Assembly (NCBI GenBank): GCA_009914755.4
Contig: CP086569.2
Location: 14,624,001-14,688,000 of the forward strand
Origin: the human T2T-CHM13v2.0 reference genome, Homo sapiens
Direction: 5' to 3'
Length of the DNA: 64,000 nt
Position numbers and translations under genes: made by a program
In this document: piece by piece, positions 1 to 19,800 of the stretch
How the letters are laid out: each line of letters starts with the position of its first letter
Position numbering within the stretch: the first letter of the stretch is position 1
The notes under the pieces: model-generated
The model's database searches: none
What the model saw: only the letters and a program-made list of their open reading frames with translations
Told to the model about the DNA's origin: nothing

Positions 1-2073
1 AGAGGAAGTACAGCAGATTCCAAGGGAACTGGGAATTTCCCTACAAAAGTGATCATAAAACTTATGAAGCCTTGCAGACTGGGAACCGCAACCAGGAAGC
101 TGCTAACTTTCTCCCTTTGAAGGCTAGCAGGCGATACAGATTGCCAGATGGTCACAAAGAAATACAAGAGAGCATTCTGGAGTAGTAAAAGCTGGGGATA
201 GCATGACTGGTTCAAAGTAACTTTAGTAACTGGATGGCCTGATACAGATGCCAGATGGCTTGTGGATAATGAAAATGGACTACAGAAAATTTTAAAAGTG
301 ATGCCTTTCATACATGTTCTTTGTCAGACATTTCTTTGCTACAGCACTTAGAGTATTACCTAAGAACTTAGAGTACTGGATTTTGCTGATTACTTTTTTC
401 TAATATTTCCTAACCACAAGCTCAGAGGATCAGTTTGCTTTCACATGGGAAGGACAGCAGCAGACCTTTAAGGTGTTACTGCAGCAATGTACATACAGCC
501 CTATAATCTCCTACAAGATGGTGGCCTGCAACTTGATTCTGTTTTCATCCCCCTAAACATATTTAGGAATGTTGATCAGATGGTAGGAGACCCCAAAATT
601 TACTTTAACTAGTGAGTAATACAAGAAATCATCTAGATGGCTTAACACACTCTCAGTGATTTTTTTCCCTCTTTTTCCTTTTCCTTTTTTTTTTGATAGA
701 AAAATTATTTAATCAAAATAAGTCTACACATTGAACTTATGGCTTAACTAGAATAAATCTAAGTTAAACTGTATAGAGACCAAACAGATAATGACTGGTG
801 TATATGCAGGTTCTCTCAAAGCAGTGATTCCTAGTTCCACTGTAAGACCTCTTAAAAGTGAAAATTCAATTCTGTAGATGAAAACAGTTATCCCAGTGGG
901 TCAACCATACAATGTCATATACAGACGCTGCTCTTAAGCCATTTTTTCCATATTCATATAGTTTCAAAACATGAGAAGTATTTTACTTATGGGAAAATGC
1001 CAAATTACCTAATATTCAAAGTATCTTAGAAATGCTATCCTTTAGTTAACATACCCTTAAATTTTGTAACATTGGCTTCACTCTGATTTACTCCATACAC
1101 ATCAATGTACAGACTATCAAAGTACTATGTTGGAACAACTGCTCTTTGCATTTTTGGAATCTAGAAATGAAAATAAAACTTCCAATATAGCCATGTTTTC
1201 AAATAGGTACGTTTCCTTATATAGCATTTGTTTATTGTATAAGCATTATGGATTTTTTCTTCCAATTAAGTACTATTTAGTGAATTCCTAAAGAAATTTT
1301 TAACAGCATAGAAACTTGAGGCATTTCTCAAAAATACATTTATTTAGTTTTCCGTTTTAGTTACTAGTGCCTGCCTGTGAAAAGGGCCTTAAATGATTTA
1401 ACCCTAAAGCCAGATTCATTCCTGTATATACCCATTCTGTTATCTGCAGAGAAGTAATAAGACTTCATTCCTTTCTCATTCCTTTTCATACTATAAAATA
1501 TTAGTCAGATGTGGATTGCAAGTGGAGAGATGTACCTTGTCTTGCCACTGCCCATGATTGCCTCATATATAAGTTCTCCTTAATGAGTCTTTGACTATGT
1601 ATCAACCTGGAGTGGTCTGCTTTTTAGTCTGATTTTGCTTTCTATTTATGAAGATGTGTCACCTAGTAACTGACAAAGTAATAAACTTGAGAAATAAGGC
1701 ATCCCTGGGGAGAAATTCCAGATTGCTTGGCCTAGGCTATGTGGTGACCAGTGACCCATATGCCTAATTTTGTGTTTTGACTTCTATGTGAGTAGAAGCA
1801 TGTCCCAAGAGCTTGTCACCTTATCTGAATAACTAAAAATAGGGCATGACAGTAGTGAAGGAAATGAGTATGGTGGCTATGGTGCAGCCTGTTGTGTGCT
1901 ATACAAGAGGCAATGGATGCAGTTAGTGGCAGAAGTGGAAGATATGGAACTCGTCAAATAAGACATGATTTTTTCTAGATCAAGCTATGAAATTTAAAAG
2001 ATATGTTTTGTTGAGAAAAAAAGTATTTTGGTTCTAAAATAAAATTATTCGTTATTTAAAAATGAGAAGGAGA

Positions 2074-2380
<307 letters not shown>

Positions 2381-2908
2381 GGAGAAAAAATTTGGGGGCA
2401 AAAAAACCTGATAGGTATGTAAGAGTTGTAGAAATTTATGTAGAAGATGAATCTTGTGGAGGAATTTTATGTGTAATCAAGCTGGATAAGAAAATTATTT
2501 ATGTTTTTCTAAAAATTAAATTTAATGCCAAAAATACATTGGTACAAAATTATAATTTGATCTCTGTGAAAAACAATATAATTCTTTGGAACATTGGTCT
2601 GCTCTTAATGAGATATTATAAAAGATTTTATCTTGATCTTTTGGGTAACTGGCCTAGAAAAATTTTTGCTTGTTTATTTTCACAATAAGATTCCCTGTGC
2701 TTTGTGTTGTCTTTGTTAGGCCTTTGATTCTGAAAGAAAAAAAAAACCCAAATGTTCACATAATTGGAGTTCCCATAATTTGGGTAAATTTTCATAAATA
2801 ATATCGTTCGTTTAATGAAAAAGACCTATTTCAGAGTTGTCAACATTAAATATAATGCAGACATACAATTTTGACCTCTAGTAGTTGTTTATGATAATAA
2901 AATTATGA

Positions 2909-3269
<361 letters not shown>

Positions 3270-5609
3270 AGAAGTGCAGTATTCTTTATGTGTATCAAAT
3301 ACTGCAGTGAAACAAAGAAAAAACTACCACAAAAAAAGTTATGTATTTAACTCTTTAAGGTTTTGCTTTCATGTTGACTGTACTAGCATGTACATGCTAT
3401 AAAAAATAGTTAATAGGAAAGACATGTTAGAAGAACCACCAACATCCTGTCCCCACAAAAATACAACTGGAAACAATTCAAATCCAAGAAAATTATCTTA
3501 CTTTTATCAAAATTTTGGAAAGAAGCAAAGATACTTCCTAGGCTTACAAAATTGGAAGAAGCTGTGACTGCTAACAGAAAGAGTTATTTCATACTACATC
3601 ACCCCTACCCCAGGGTCATAATACCATGCACAGAGATTTCCCTAGACCCAAAATTGCCAGTGTTGGGGAGGGAAGTAGAGGTGAAAATTCAGTCTCTCCA
3701 CTGATCTGGGAGTCTTCATAAAAAGGGCAGTTTGAGTTCATTCCAGGGGAACCACTGGGAATGAACTCAGGGGGCTAAATCACCTGGGATAAACTGAGGA
3801 CAAAGAGTAGGACACTGATCACAGTAACTGGCAAGTAAATCTTAGTGGCTTCTCTGTTCTCAGAGCAGAAATGCCACATATTAAAGAGGAGGCTGCAGGT
3901 GGGATCCATGGAGAGCTGCATGGTCAAAGGTGAATGGCTGATGCTTAAAACCACCTAAGGCCTATGGACTCATGTTGGCTGCCTTTGTTGTACACTTTTC
4001 TCTTCTATGCTGCTAGGCATAGTTTCATCTACTGGATTCAAAGGTTAGAATGGGCATGGAACCACGGCAAGCAAAAAGACCTCAGTATTAATGCTTTACT
4101 GATTAAGCTCAATCATATGGTACTGGGGAGGAACACAGCCTTGCAGTCTGCCATGGGATGGTAGATCATGAGTTAATTCTCTTTTCTTTTTTACCTGGCA
4201 TATATGGTCACCTTACATAGATGACATCATGTTAGTTCCTCCTAAAGACCTCTCTGGTTTTGGAGATCAAACATTTCTGGTCATGAGTATTATGAGAATT
4301 AGTGGTGAGTGTCTACAAAATGTGGGTACAAAGCACTTCTGTTAACTTCCTGGGAGTAGTCATTAAGTTAGGTAGGAATCAGATAATGCTTGAAGTGGTG
4401 GTAGATACGTCCATACAGTAAAGGAAGTATGAGCTTTTTTGGAACTGTTGAGGTACTAGAGAGCCTTTTTAATCAAATCTGGCCAATGACTTAGTGCACT
4501 ATATAGGTTAATTAAAATGAGAGCACTCTGGTATTGGAAACAGTAACAACATGCTTCTGAAAAGGCAAAGTTTGGGAGGGAGGAGCCAAGATGGCTGAAT
4601 AGGAACAGCTCCGGTCTACAACTCCCAGGGTGAGTGATGCAGAAGATGGGTGATTTCTGCATTTCCATCTGAGGTACCGGGTTCATCTCACTAGGGAGTG
4701 CCAGACAGTGGGTGCAGGACAGTGGGTGCAGTGCACCGTGCACGAGCCAAAGCAGGGTGAGGCATTGCCTCACTAGGGAAGTGCAAGGGGTCAGGGAGTT
4801 CCTTTTCCTAGTCAAAGAAAGGGGTGACAGACGGCACCTGGAAAATCAGGTCACTCCCACCCTAATACTGTGCTTTTCCGAGGGGTTTAAAAAAATGGCA
4901 CACCAGGAGATTATATCCCGCACATGGCTCAGAGGGTCCTACGCTCACGGAGTCTCACTGATTGCTAGCACAGCAGTCTGAGATCAAACTGCAAGGTGGC
5001 AGTGAGGCTGGGGGAGGGGCGCCTGCCATTGCCCAGGCTTGCTTAGGTAAACAAAGCAGCTGGGAGGCTTGAACTCGGTGGAGCCCACCACAGCTCAAGG
5101 AGGCCTGCCTGCCTCTATAGGCTCCACCTCTGGGGGCAGGGCACAGACAGACAAAAAGACAGCAGTAACCTCTGCAGACTTAAATCTCCCTGTCTGAAAG
5201 CTTTGAAGACAGCAGTGGTTCTCCCAGCACGCAGCTGGAGATCGGAGAACGGGCAGACTGCTACTCAAGTGGGTCCCTGACCCCTGATCCCTGAGCAGCC
5301 TAACTGGGAGGCACCCCCGAGTAGCTGTGTGGACACCTCACATGGCCGGGTACTCCTCTGAGACAAAACTTCCAGAGGAACGATCAGACAGCAGCATTCA
5401 TTGTTCACAAAAATCCGCTGTTCTGCCATCACCACTGCTGATACCCAGGCAAACGGGGTCTGGAGTGGACCTCTAGCAAACTCCAGCAGAACTGCAGCTG
5501 AGGGTCCTGTCTGTTGGAAGGAAAACTAACAAACAGAAAGGACATCCACACCAAAAACCCATCTGTACATCACCATCATCAAAGACCAAAAGTAGATAAA
5601 ACCACAAAG

Positions 5610-6626
5610 ATGGGGAAAAAACAGAGCAGAAAAACTGGAAACTCTAAAAAGCAGAGTGCCTCTCCTCCTCCAAAGGAACGCAGTTCCTCACCAGCAATGG
5701 AACAAAGGTGGATGGAGAATGACTTTGACGAGTTGAGAGAAGAAGGCTTCAGACGATCAAACTACTCCAGAGTACGGGAGGATATTGAAACCAAAGGCAA
5801 AGAAGTTAAAAGCTTTGAAAAAAATTTAGACGAATGTATAACTAGAATAACAAATACAGAGCAGTGCTTAAAGGAGCTGAAGGAGCTGAAAGCCAAGGCT
5901 TGAGAACTATGTGAAGCATGCAGAAGCCTCAGGAGCCAATGCAATCAACTGGAAGAAAGGGTATCAGTGATGGCAGATGAAATGAATGAAACGAAGCAAG
6001 AAAGGAAGTTTAGAGAAAAAAAAATAAAAAGAAATGAACAAAGCCTCCAAGAAATATGGGACTATATGAAAAGAACAAATCTACATCTGACTGGTGTACC
6101 TGAAAGTGACGGGGAGAATGGAATCAAGTTGGAAAACACTCTGCAGGATATTATCCTGGAGAACGTCCCCAATCTAGCAAGGCAGGCCAACATTCAGATT
6201 CAGGAAATACAGAGAACGCCACAAAGATACTCCTCGAGAAGAGCAACTCCAAGACACATAATTGCCAGATTCACCAAAGTTGAAATGAAGGAAAAAATGT
6301 TAAGGGCAGCCAGAGAGAAAGGTCGGGTTACCCACAAAGGGAAGCCCATCAAACTAACAGTGGATCTCTCGGCAGAAACTCTACAAGCCAGAAGAGAGTG
6401 GGGGCCAATATTCAACATTCTTAAAGAAAAGAATTGTCAACCCAGAATTTCATATCCAGCCAAACTAAGCTTCATAAGTGAAGGAGAAATAAAATACTTT
6501 ACAGACAAGCAAATGCTGAGAGATTTTATCACCACCAGGCCTGCCCTAAAAGACCTCCTCACAGAAGCACTAAACATGGAAAGGAACAACTGGTACCAGC
6601 CACCGCAAAATCATGCCAAATTGTAA
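5610..6626 (+). pseudogene. L1 ORF1 (ORF1p homolog) with a single in-frame nonsense codon
   Basis: ATG at 5610 gives MGKKQSRKTGNSKKQSASPPPKERSSSPA.... The six-frame ORFs 5514..5903 and 5967..6626 are in the same frame, interrupted only by TGA at 5901-5903. The local sequence gccaaggcttgagaa differs from canonical gctcgagaa by a CGA-to-TGA change at a CpG. Total length is 1017 nt, the canonical ORF1 length. Confidence 0.85.
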
Positions 6627-6689
6627 AGACCATCGAGGCTAGGAAGAAACTGCATCAACTAACAAACAAAATAACCAGCTAACATCATA

Positions 6690-10507
<3,818 letters not shown>

Positions 10508-12224
10508 ACAATGAGAACACTTGGACACAGTAAGGGGAACATCACACACTGGGGCCAGTCATGGGGTGGGGGGAGGGGGGAGGGTTACCATTAGGAGATA
10601 TACGTAATGTAAATGAAGAGTTAATGGGTGCAACACACCAACATGCCACATGTATACATATGTAACAAACCTGCACGTTGTGCACATGTACCGTAGAAGT
10701 TGAAGTATTAAAAAAAAAAAAAAAAAGAAAGACTCGGTTGTCCAGTGGAAATTGTTTTTTCCAGAAGGCAGCTCACCTGCTCCAGGGCCTCTCAGCTTTG
10801 CATTTTGGCAGTTATTTCTTTTTGAGAAACTTTATTTGCTCCACTCCCACTGTTTGAATGGGGCCCTTTGTTCCCCAAGGTTCCCCTAAATGCCAGGGCC
10901 TAATTCACAGATGGTTTGCCTAGGATGAAACCCAATGGTATCCACTCTGTTGCCATGGATGTTCAGCTTCGGCAACGTCCATGCAGAACTTGGAGTGGGG
11001 AGAACTCAAGGCTATTCTCCCAGCTCTGCCCAAGACTCTGTTGAACCTTGTTTTATTTTATGGACTTATGTGTTTTTTCCACTTGGAAAATTCATACCTC
11101 ACAGCAGCTGAGTGAGCCATGTGACATGCCACTGCAAATAGGCCCATTCAAAGGCTCTATTCTGGTGAGGCTACCTTGAATAAAGCTGCATCCCTCAGAT
11201 TACCCGACTCCTAATGGGGCCAGTGATGACCTCAGACCTGAGGCCCCACTTTGGGGCTACTGAAGGTGCCCCCTCCTTGTTCAACATTAGTTACTTTTGA
11301 ACTTATTCTACACAGTGCCAGTAATGTTTGTCAAATAACTCAAAATGGCATGCTGGTTACAATATGATCCCAGCAGTGCATGAAGAGGACAGCAAGTTCA
11401 ATGCTGAAAAAAATCTTAGCATTCTTTTTGGTCACAAACTTTCACAAATTGAACATTTGTTAAAAACAGGAGCTCTTGCAATAGAAAATACAATCTGCCT
11501 AGTCAGAAATAAAGTGTGGAGTAATGGAGATAACTCTGGCTGTTAAAAAGTAACCTTCAAGAAGGTGGGGAGATGTTATGTGGCTTGCTATATCACCCTG
11601 TCTAGACCAGTGTTTGAAACATAGAAAGAGGCTCAGAGAGTTACTGAATGAATAAATCTTATTGAACTTGTTGCCAGAGAGGTGAAACACAAGATCACTG
11701 GGAGAGGGGAGATCAAATTAGAAACAAAGCTACTTAAGCTTTTCTTCCAGCATGAAGAGAAAAAGGAGAATAAGGGCTAACAAATGGAACAAAATAAACG
11801 CTTTTCATTGTTCTTTGTCCCCATGGATACTTCTGATAGCTGATGGAGGTTAAATTGTCAGTAAGTTGCAATTTTTTGGGTGGGAGCTCTCGCAGGTGCT
11901 ATTTCCAACCTTCCTCTATAGAGAGAGGAAGAGTGCAAGGTGTTCGTCTCTATAAAAAGTTCCACTGAGACTATTTGAATAGGAACTGCATGAAGGCAGA
12001 GTTCGGGTGGGGCATGGTGTAGTGGAACAGTAGAAGAAATGGAAAACATCCATATTGGTTAATTTTTCATTCAAAACATCACCTGGAATGTCATTTAAAA
12101 AATATTGTGTTGTGTGTTATGTGTGTGGCTATATAATGCTGTTTTAATTAAAGGATGTGTTTATTTATATGGTAGGTTTTCCTAGAACTAATGAATTATT
12201 TGAAAAACGTGGGATTGTTTAAGT

Positions 12225-12736
<512 letters not shown>

Positions 12737-13276
12737 AGTTTCCCATAATTTTAATCCAATTCTCAGGACTTTTCTGAAAATCTACTATTTGAATTTAGGG
12801 CAAAATATTCTTTTTGTTGATTCTCAAACCTGGAGGCATTCATATCACCAAGGTGCTTTAAACAATACTGATACCAAAGCCACCCCAGGCCAATTAAATG
12901 TAGATGTCCCAGAGTAGGGCCTAGGCCTCTACATTTTAAAATTCCTAATTATTATTAGCGTTGAACAGCACTCATTTAAATGATGTAATACAGGAACTGA
13001 AAACCATGCACAGTTGATTTATCTTATCCACACTAAAAGTATCCACAAATAAAATGATACAATTCTGCAACTTAAACAAGAAATTATCACCTGTCATTAG
13101 TCCGTGACTTCCTATGTGCTTGTTTATATTTTGTAAAAAAAAAATTTTCTTTTGCTTAAAGAAAAATCCATAATAAAAAAGTTCTTGGTTTCAGAAAGAC
13201 AGTTTTGGAACACAGTAAAAAATATTTCCTTTTTTGCTTTGACATCTTTGTGGCAATCTGAAACTTCTAAGTCCAT

Positions 13277-13601
<325 letters not shown>

Positions 13602-13759
13602 TAAGTTCATTTGTTTGTAGTAAATATTTCAGTGACTCATTAGAGAGGCAACCTAATAATAGTTGGCCTTGTGTTGTATTTCATGCTGTTAGTGTGTGAG
13701 ATTGCAAATCTAAATAAAAACCATTATAATTTCTCTATAATTAAAAACCAGCACACATT

Positions 13760-14456
<697 letters not shown>

Positions 14457-14519
14457 TGCTTTTTACTTGGATTCTCATTCACTTCCTTTTACCTTAACTG
14501 TATTAGTTCAAGTATTTTC

Positions 14520-14620
14520 TCTCTTTCTCCCTCCCCACCCCATCTCTCTCTGTCCCATCTCCCCCACCGTCTGTCTGTCTCTCTCCATCTCTCCCTACCA
14601 TCTGCCCAGAATTTTCCCAG
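14520..14620. repeat. CT-rich low-complexity tract
   Basis: ctctctttctccctccccaccccatctctctctgtcccatctcccccaccgtctgtctgtctctctccatctctccc. Confidence 0.7.
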
Positions 14621-15197
14621 AATTAGTTATGACGTTAGAGACAGAAACAGAAGTTGACTTATCGTATTACTGAATGGTACCTCAATAGCATAAAAAGGCA
14701 CATTTAACAAAAGTCTTTCCTAAAACTCACCCAAGTAATTGAAAGTTAAATGAGTCTTAACAGAGGTAAGAGAATACAATTCAATAAAAGTAGCAGAAAA
14801 GCTCAAATGACTGACACAGATAGAGATTTCCCACATATTACTTCCCAATATTGAATTAAAATTTGCCCAAAAGACCCATCTGCATATTCCAGAGCTCACC
14901 AACACATTGATATAAGGAAGGCCATATTATTTTAGTAACTATTTTTCTAGCTTGGGGTGCCTTGTAAAATCCTTTACACCTCCTTGCAGCTCTTCTTTTA
15001 TACCCATGCTTACTCCTGTGTGATTTCATTTGGCCCATTTGATTTTGAGCATTATGTATATAATGGTTTTCCTCAAATCTTTGTCTCCAGGAGAGTGAAA
15101 AGCTTTAAAAAAAGGTATTCCCTCCCTGCAGACAGGCACAGTGAGCTCCACAGAAGGCCAGCCTCATTCTTATGCCTTTGCATCCTTATAGCTTAGC

Positions 15198-15828
15198 TCC
15201 CACATATGAGTGAGAACACACAATGTCTGGTTTCCCATTCCTGAGTTACTTCACTTAGAATAATAGTCTCCAATCTCATCCACGGCACTGCAAATGCTGG
15301 TAATTCATTCCTTTTTATGGCTGCATAGTATTCCATTGTATAAATACACCACAGTTTCTTTATCCACTTGTTGATTAATGGGCATTTGGGTTAGTTCCAT
15401 GATTTTGCAGTTGTGAATTGTGCTGCTATAAACATGCAAGTGCAAGTGTGTTTTTCGAACAATGACTTCTTTTTCTCTAGGTGGATACCTAGTAGTGGGA
15501 CTGCTGGATCAAATGCTAATTCTACTTTAAGTTCTTTAAGGAATCTCCACACTGTTTTCCATAGTGGCTGTACTAGTTTACATTCCCACCAGCGGTGTAG
15601 AAGTGTTCCCTGTTCACTGCATCCATCCCAAAGACTTTGGGGTCTTGGGGAAAAGAGTGGGACGGTGGTGAGGGATAAAAGACTGCAAATATGGTGCAGT
15701 GTATACTGCTTGGGTGGTGGGTGCACCAAAATCTCACAAATCACCACTAAAGAACTTACTCATCTAACCAAATACCATGTACTTACTCATGTACCCCAAT
15801 AACTTATGGAAAAATAAAAATAAAAAAA
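15198..15828 (+). mobile_element. 5'-truncated L1 with inverted 5' segment (twin-priming-like structure)
   Basis: 15198-15610 is the reverse complement of the end of L1 ORF2 (tcccacatatgagtgagaac ... tttttatggctgcatagtattccat ... tcccaccagcggtgtagaagtgttccc). 15611-15828 is a direct-orientation old-L1 3'UTR (gggataaaagactgcaaatatggtgcagtgtatactgcttgggtggtgggtgcaccaaaatctcacaaatcaccactaaagaacttactcat...) ending in an A-rich tail. Confidence 0.6.
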
Positions 15829-16516
15829 GGAGGCCAGTGTCATTGCAAGCATGGGTTGTTTAAACCACGAAGTTCTCATCTTCTCCCCATGTGTTAGTTC
15901 CCTCTCTTGGACTCTTTACCTTCTCAGTTTTTTCTGACAATGACATATTGTTTTACTAGGGACTTAAGACAGCTCTACAAAAGTCTAGGGCTACTTCATC
16001 CCCAAAGTCAACAGTTTTCAGTCATCTGAAAGCTACCTTTTAGTTCCTTATGATTCCCAAGCATAACACTTGATAACTCAGCCTTGTTCTCCTCTAACTT
16101 TGCATCTAGAAAGAAAACAAAACAAACAAACCACTGCTTTCTGACCCATTCTTTGTACAAATCATGCATTTCATATTGCAACAGAAGCTTAGGACCCTGT
16201 GTTGCTGTGTACGTGAACATGCCGTGTCTGGCATTGGTATTTTGACTTCATTATATTTTTAAATTTCAGTAATACTGAGTGAGATAAATCATAATTCCTG
16301 GTTCATGACATTTTCATCATTGTTCCAGGTATAGCCCATTTTACCTATTTAGCTAGCTATTTAATTAGGTATTGTTAATAGTATAATGGACACCCGAAAA
16401 TCTCACTGCCACGAACAAAAGAGGCCTTATACAATCAATAAATCTTCCTGTTTTGTCCACTATTATCTTATAATCTATGCCTATTATCTCTTCCTTTTTA
16501 TATGGATTTTTTGCAT

Positions 16517-16865
<349 letters not shown>

Positions 16866-17277
16866 TAACTTTATAAAGAAAGAGTATATCCTGCCATGTA
16901 TAGTCTGTTTGCATTTTCTTTCACATACTATTATATTGAGGCATTTGTTTAACGTATCCATCTCTGTCATTAATTTATTTTGACAGCTGTACAATATTTC
17001 AGTATGTGAATACCTAAGAGTTTATGCATCTGCTGTTCTATCATCGTACATTTTATTGGTTAAGGTTCTTGCTAACATGAGCTGTGCTGCTGTAAAGTTG
17101 GTTTGTCAAGACTTTGATAATACATATGCAGTAGCTTTAGCTGCGTTCCACCAGGAGTGAAAATGAGGAATCATCATCTATGTGGGTGGTCGTTTTTTTG
17201 AAGGTGGCATCTGACTCTCTTCCAGAGTCATTGCATTAATTGATACTTGCACCAGCAAAGTATCAAAGATGCTTTGA

Positions 17278-17405
17278 AGCCAGGTGCAGCAGTTCATGCC
17301 TGTAGTACCAGCTCATTGGAAGGCTAAGAGGGGAGGATTGCCTGAATCCAGGAGTTTGAAATCAGCTTGGGGAATAGTGATACCCCATCTCTAATTTTTT
17401 TTTTA
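17278..17405 (+). mobile_element. Alu-monomer-like element (FLAM/FRAM-type)
   Basis: ccaggtgcagcagttcatgcctgtagtaccagctcattggaaggctaagaggggaggattgcctgaatccaggagtttgaaatcagc matches only the Alu left monomer. Confidence 0.6.
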
Positions 17406-18053
17406 ATAAAAGATATTATGGAGCCATAAGAAGTTAACATGACCATGTAAGAATAAAAGAGGCTGCATACCGAAGAGTGTTGAGTATTTCCAGTCCCAGG
17501 CAATGAATCTGTTGAGCACCTATCAGAAAAAGCCATTGTCCATAAGAAGTAGAAATGGAGATGGACATGTGAACAAAGACTTGATAAGGTGTGACGAACA
17601 TAATAAAAATGAACACCATGAAGAAAACACTCAGCAGTGTTAGAATGTTAACACTCACGAGAGAGAACAACATCCACCGCTGGAACACTCATGGGGTGAC
17701 AATGTGAAAGCACCAGCTGTTTAGTTCTGCTGAAGCATGGTTGACACTGGTGGGTCTGGAAAGAGATGAACTTCGCTGGGGGAAAACATAAAGAGAATCT
17801 TACTGCATGATAAACAACTGTCACATCAGCAGGGGGGCTCTAGCCATGATTTTTAAAGTAGGCAACAATAATAGTAGATTCTAATTTTAGAAAGAAGGTT
17901 GTGAAGGCATCTGGATGATTGAGAAGGCAGGTTTCAGACCAGAGGCAAAGACATAAGAGCTAATACTTTCGTTGGTGTTCACCGATATTAACTCAGTGAT
18001 TACTTATGACAACACCATGAAGTTGGTATGTTTTTCCCATTTTGCAGTTGAGA

Positions 18054-18590
18054 ACAATGAGCTAACATAAATAATATCCCCAAATCCACACTTCTAAAAC
18101 CTTCCACAGGGTCTACCTGGTGTTCAGATCCAGGCAGTCTTTTTCAGGCTCTACATTTTCAGCAGCTTTTATTTAACTGATTGTCTTGGGTACTTGCAAT
18201 ATTCCAGGCATGATTCCTGCACTGGGTGATGGGGGCAGGATTGTGCATGTGTCTCGCCCTATGGAAAAGCCCAACAGGGAGATGGTCTTACGTAGCAAAA
18301 GCTCAGGGCAGAGGTGGTTGAGACACATGCAAATCTTAGAGCTCTGCAGAGCAACTAGGGAAAGGCCCCAAGAACCACTTGTAGACACCGCCTCTTTGTA
18401 TAGCTGCTGCCCCCATCACCCAGTGCAGGAATCATGCCTGGCATATTGCAAAGTACCCAAGACAATCAGTTAAATAAAAGCTGCTGAAAACATAGAGCCT
18501 GCAAAAGACTGCCTGGATCTGAACCAAATAGACCCTGTGGAAGCTTTTAGAAGTGTGGATTTGGGGATATTATTTATGTTAGCTCATTGT
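18054..18590. repeat. Unclassified palindromic element (inverted-repeat arms of ~185 bp around a ~165 bp spacer). Probable fossil MITE or DNA transposon.
   Basis: 18054-18239 (acaatgagctaacataaataatatccccaaatccacacttctaaaacc...cctgcactgggtgatgggggcagg) is the reverse complement of 18404-18590 (ctgcccccatcacccagtgcagg...ggggatattatttatgttagctcattgt), at an estimated 95% identity by eye. The spacer holds a further inverted 12-mer tgcatgtgtctc / gagacacatgca. The six-frame track shows mirror ORFs on opposite strands, both ending VPKTIS. Confidence 0.6.
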
Positions 18591-19329
18591 ATAGCTGCTT
18601 GACACAAAGCAGTCTTCATCTCTGGGAAGGAAACTGAGGATCTGTGGTGGGCCCTGGTCAAAAATAAATGACCCACACCTGGCCAGAGCTCCTCACCCAA
18701 GTGGACACCAGGCCAGGGCTGGGCAAATGAGATTCTGGTTTTTACAGCATAGAGAGGAGAAGTCAGAGCCCCAGTACTGACTGGGCTCTGTAAAGTAGAG
18801 CAAGAGCATCCCCAATTCCTGCTGCATGGGCTTCTTTCCCATGCAAAGCCTCCTTGTCCAACTTGCCCTTTGATTCTATCACCTGGAACAGAATTATTTC
18901 AAGAACGGTGACGAATCCAGAAGGATGCAAAAAGAGGCTCCAGGGAAAAAAACTGGCGAAGAGACATGGGAAATCTAGGCATATGTGCTGTTTAGGAACA
19001 GGAGTTTCAAAGGAAGGGGTCTTGGGAATAAGTCAGTCCCATAAGCTCAACAAGGTAAGAGCAAAACAGTTGGGGAGATTTTGTATCCTCAGCAAGAAGT
19101 AATTCCCTGGTCTGCTGAGTGGCTTGAAGTACAATTAGTGGGAAAATTTCTGGTTCAAGATGATGGAAAATACCCCTGTTCTACTTTGAAAAAATGAACT
19201 ACAATAACGAGGAAAGGAAATAACTGTCCGTCTAGAATTCTCTTCTAAAAAGAGTATTCTCCAAAAATAAAAATGAAAAAAAAGACATTCCAATATATCC
19301 CCTCAAGAAATCTGAGAAAATACATTTCC

Positions 19330-19460
19330 TATAGAACCATATTAATATATCTATTATCTATCTGTCTATGTATCTATCTAATCTATCTGTAATTACATAT
19401 AATTACAGATAGATTATATTAAATATATGTAATTATATATGTAAGTTCTTCCTTAAAATT
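19330..19460. repeat. AT-rich (TATC)n-like simple repeat with local palindromes
   Basis: atctatctgtctatgtatctatctaatctatctgtaattacatataattacagatagatta. Confidence 0.7.
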
Positions 19461-19707
19461 AATCTTAAATATAATTACATATATTTAAGTTCTTCCAGAA
19501 GGAATGATCCCAGATGGAAACATGGAAATGTAAGAAAGAAGAAGCAATGGAAGGGATAAATAAATATAAAAACAAATCATAATGAATATTGATTATAATG
19601 TTTGTGAAAACATAATTTTTGTGAAATTTGAATTACATAATGAGAATCAAAATGTACAAATTAACAAAGAAAAAATAGAGTTTACAAACAGTCCCTGTAA
19701 TTATGGA

Positions 19708-19713
<6 letters not shown>

Positions 19714-19738
<25 letters not shown>

Positions 19739-19800
19739 CACAAAAAAATTATATACACATATCTAAATATCTCTCTCTCTATCTATCTATTTATCTAGTA
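19714..19800. repeat. (TA)n followed by (TCTA)n microsatellites
   Basis: tatatatatatatatatatatatatacaca ... ctctctctctatctatctatttatctag. Confidence 0.8.

Noticed and set aside
18173-18473. Mirror-image ORFs on opposite strands, both ending ...VPKTIS
   Set aside because: They are a direct consequence of the palindromic arms at 18054-18590 and carry no coding evidence.
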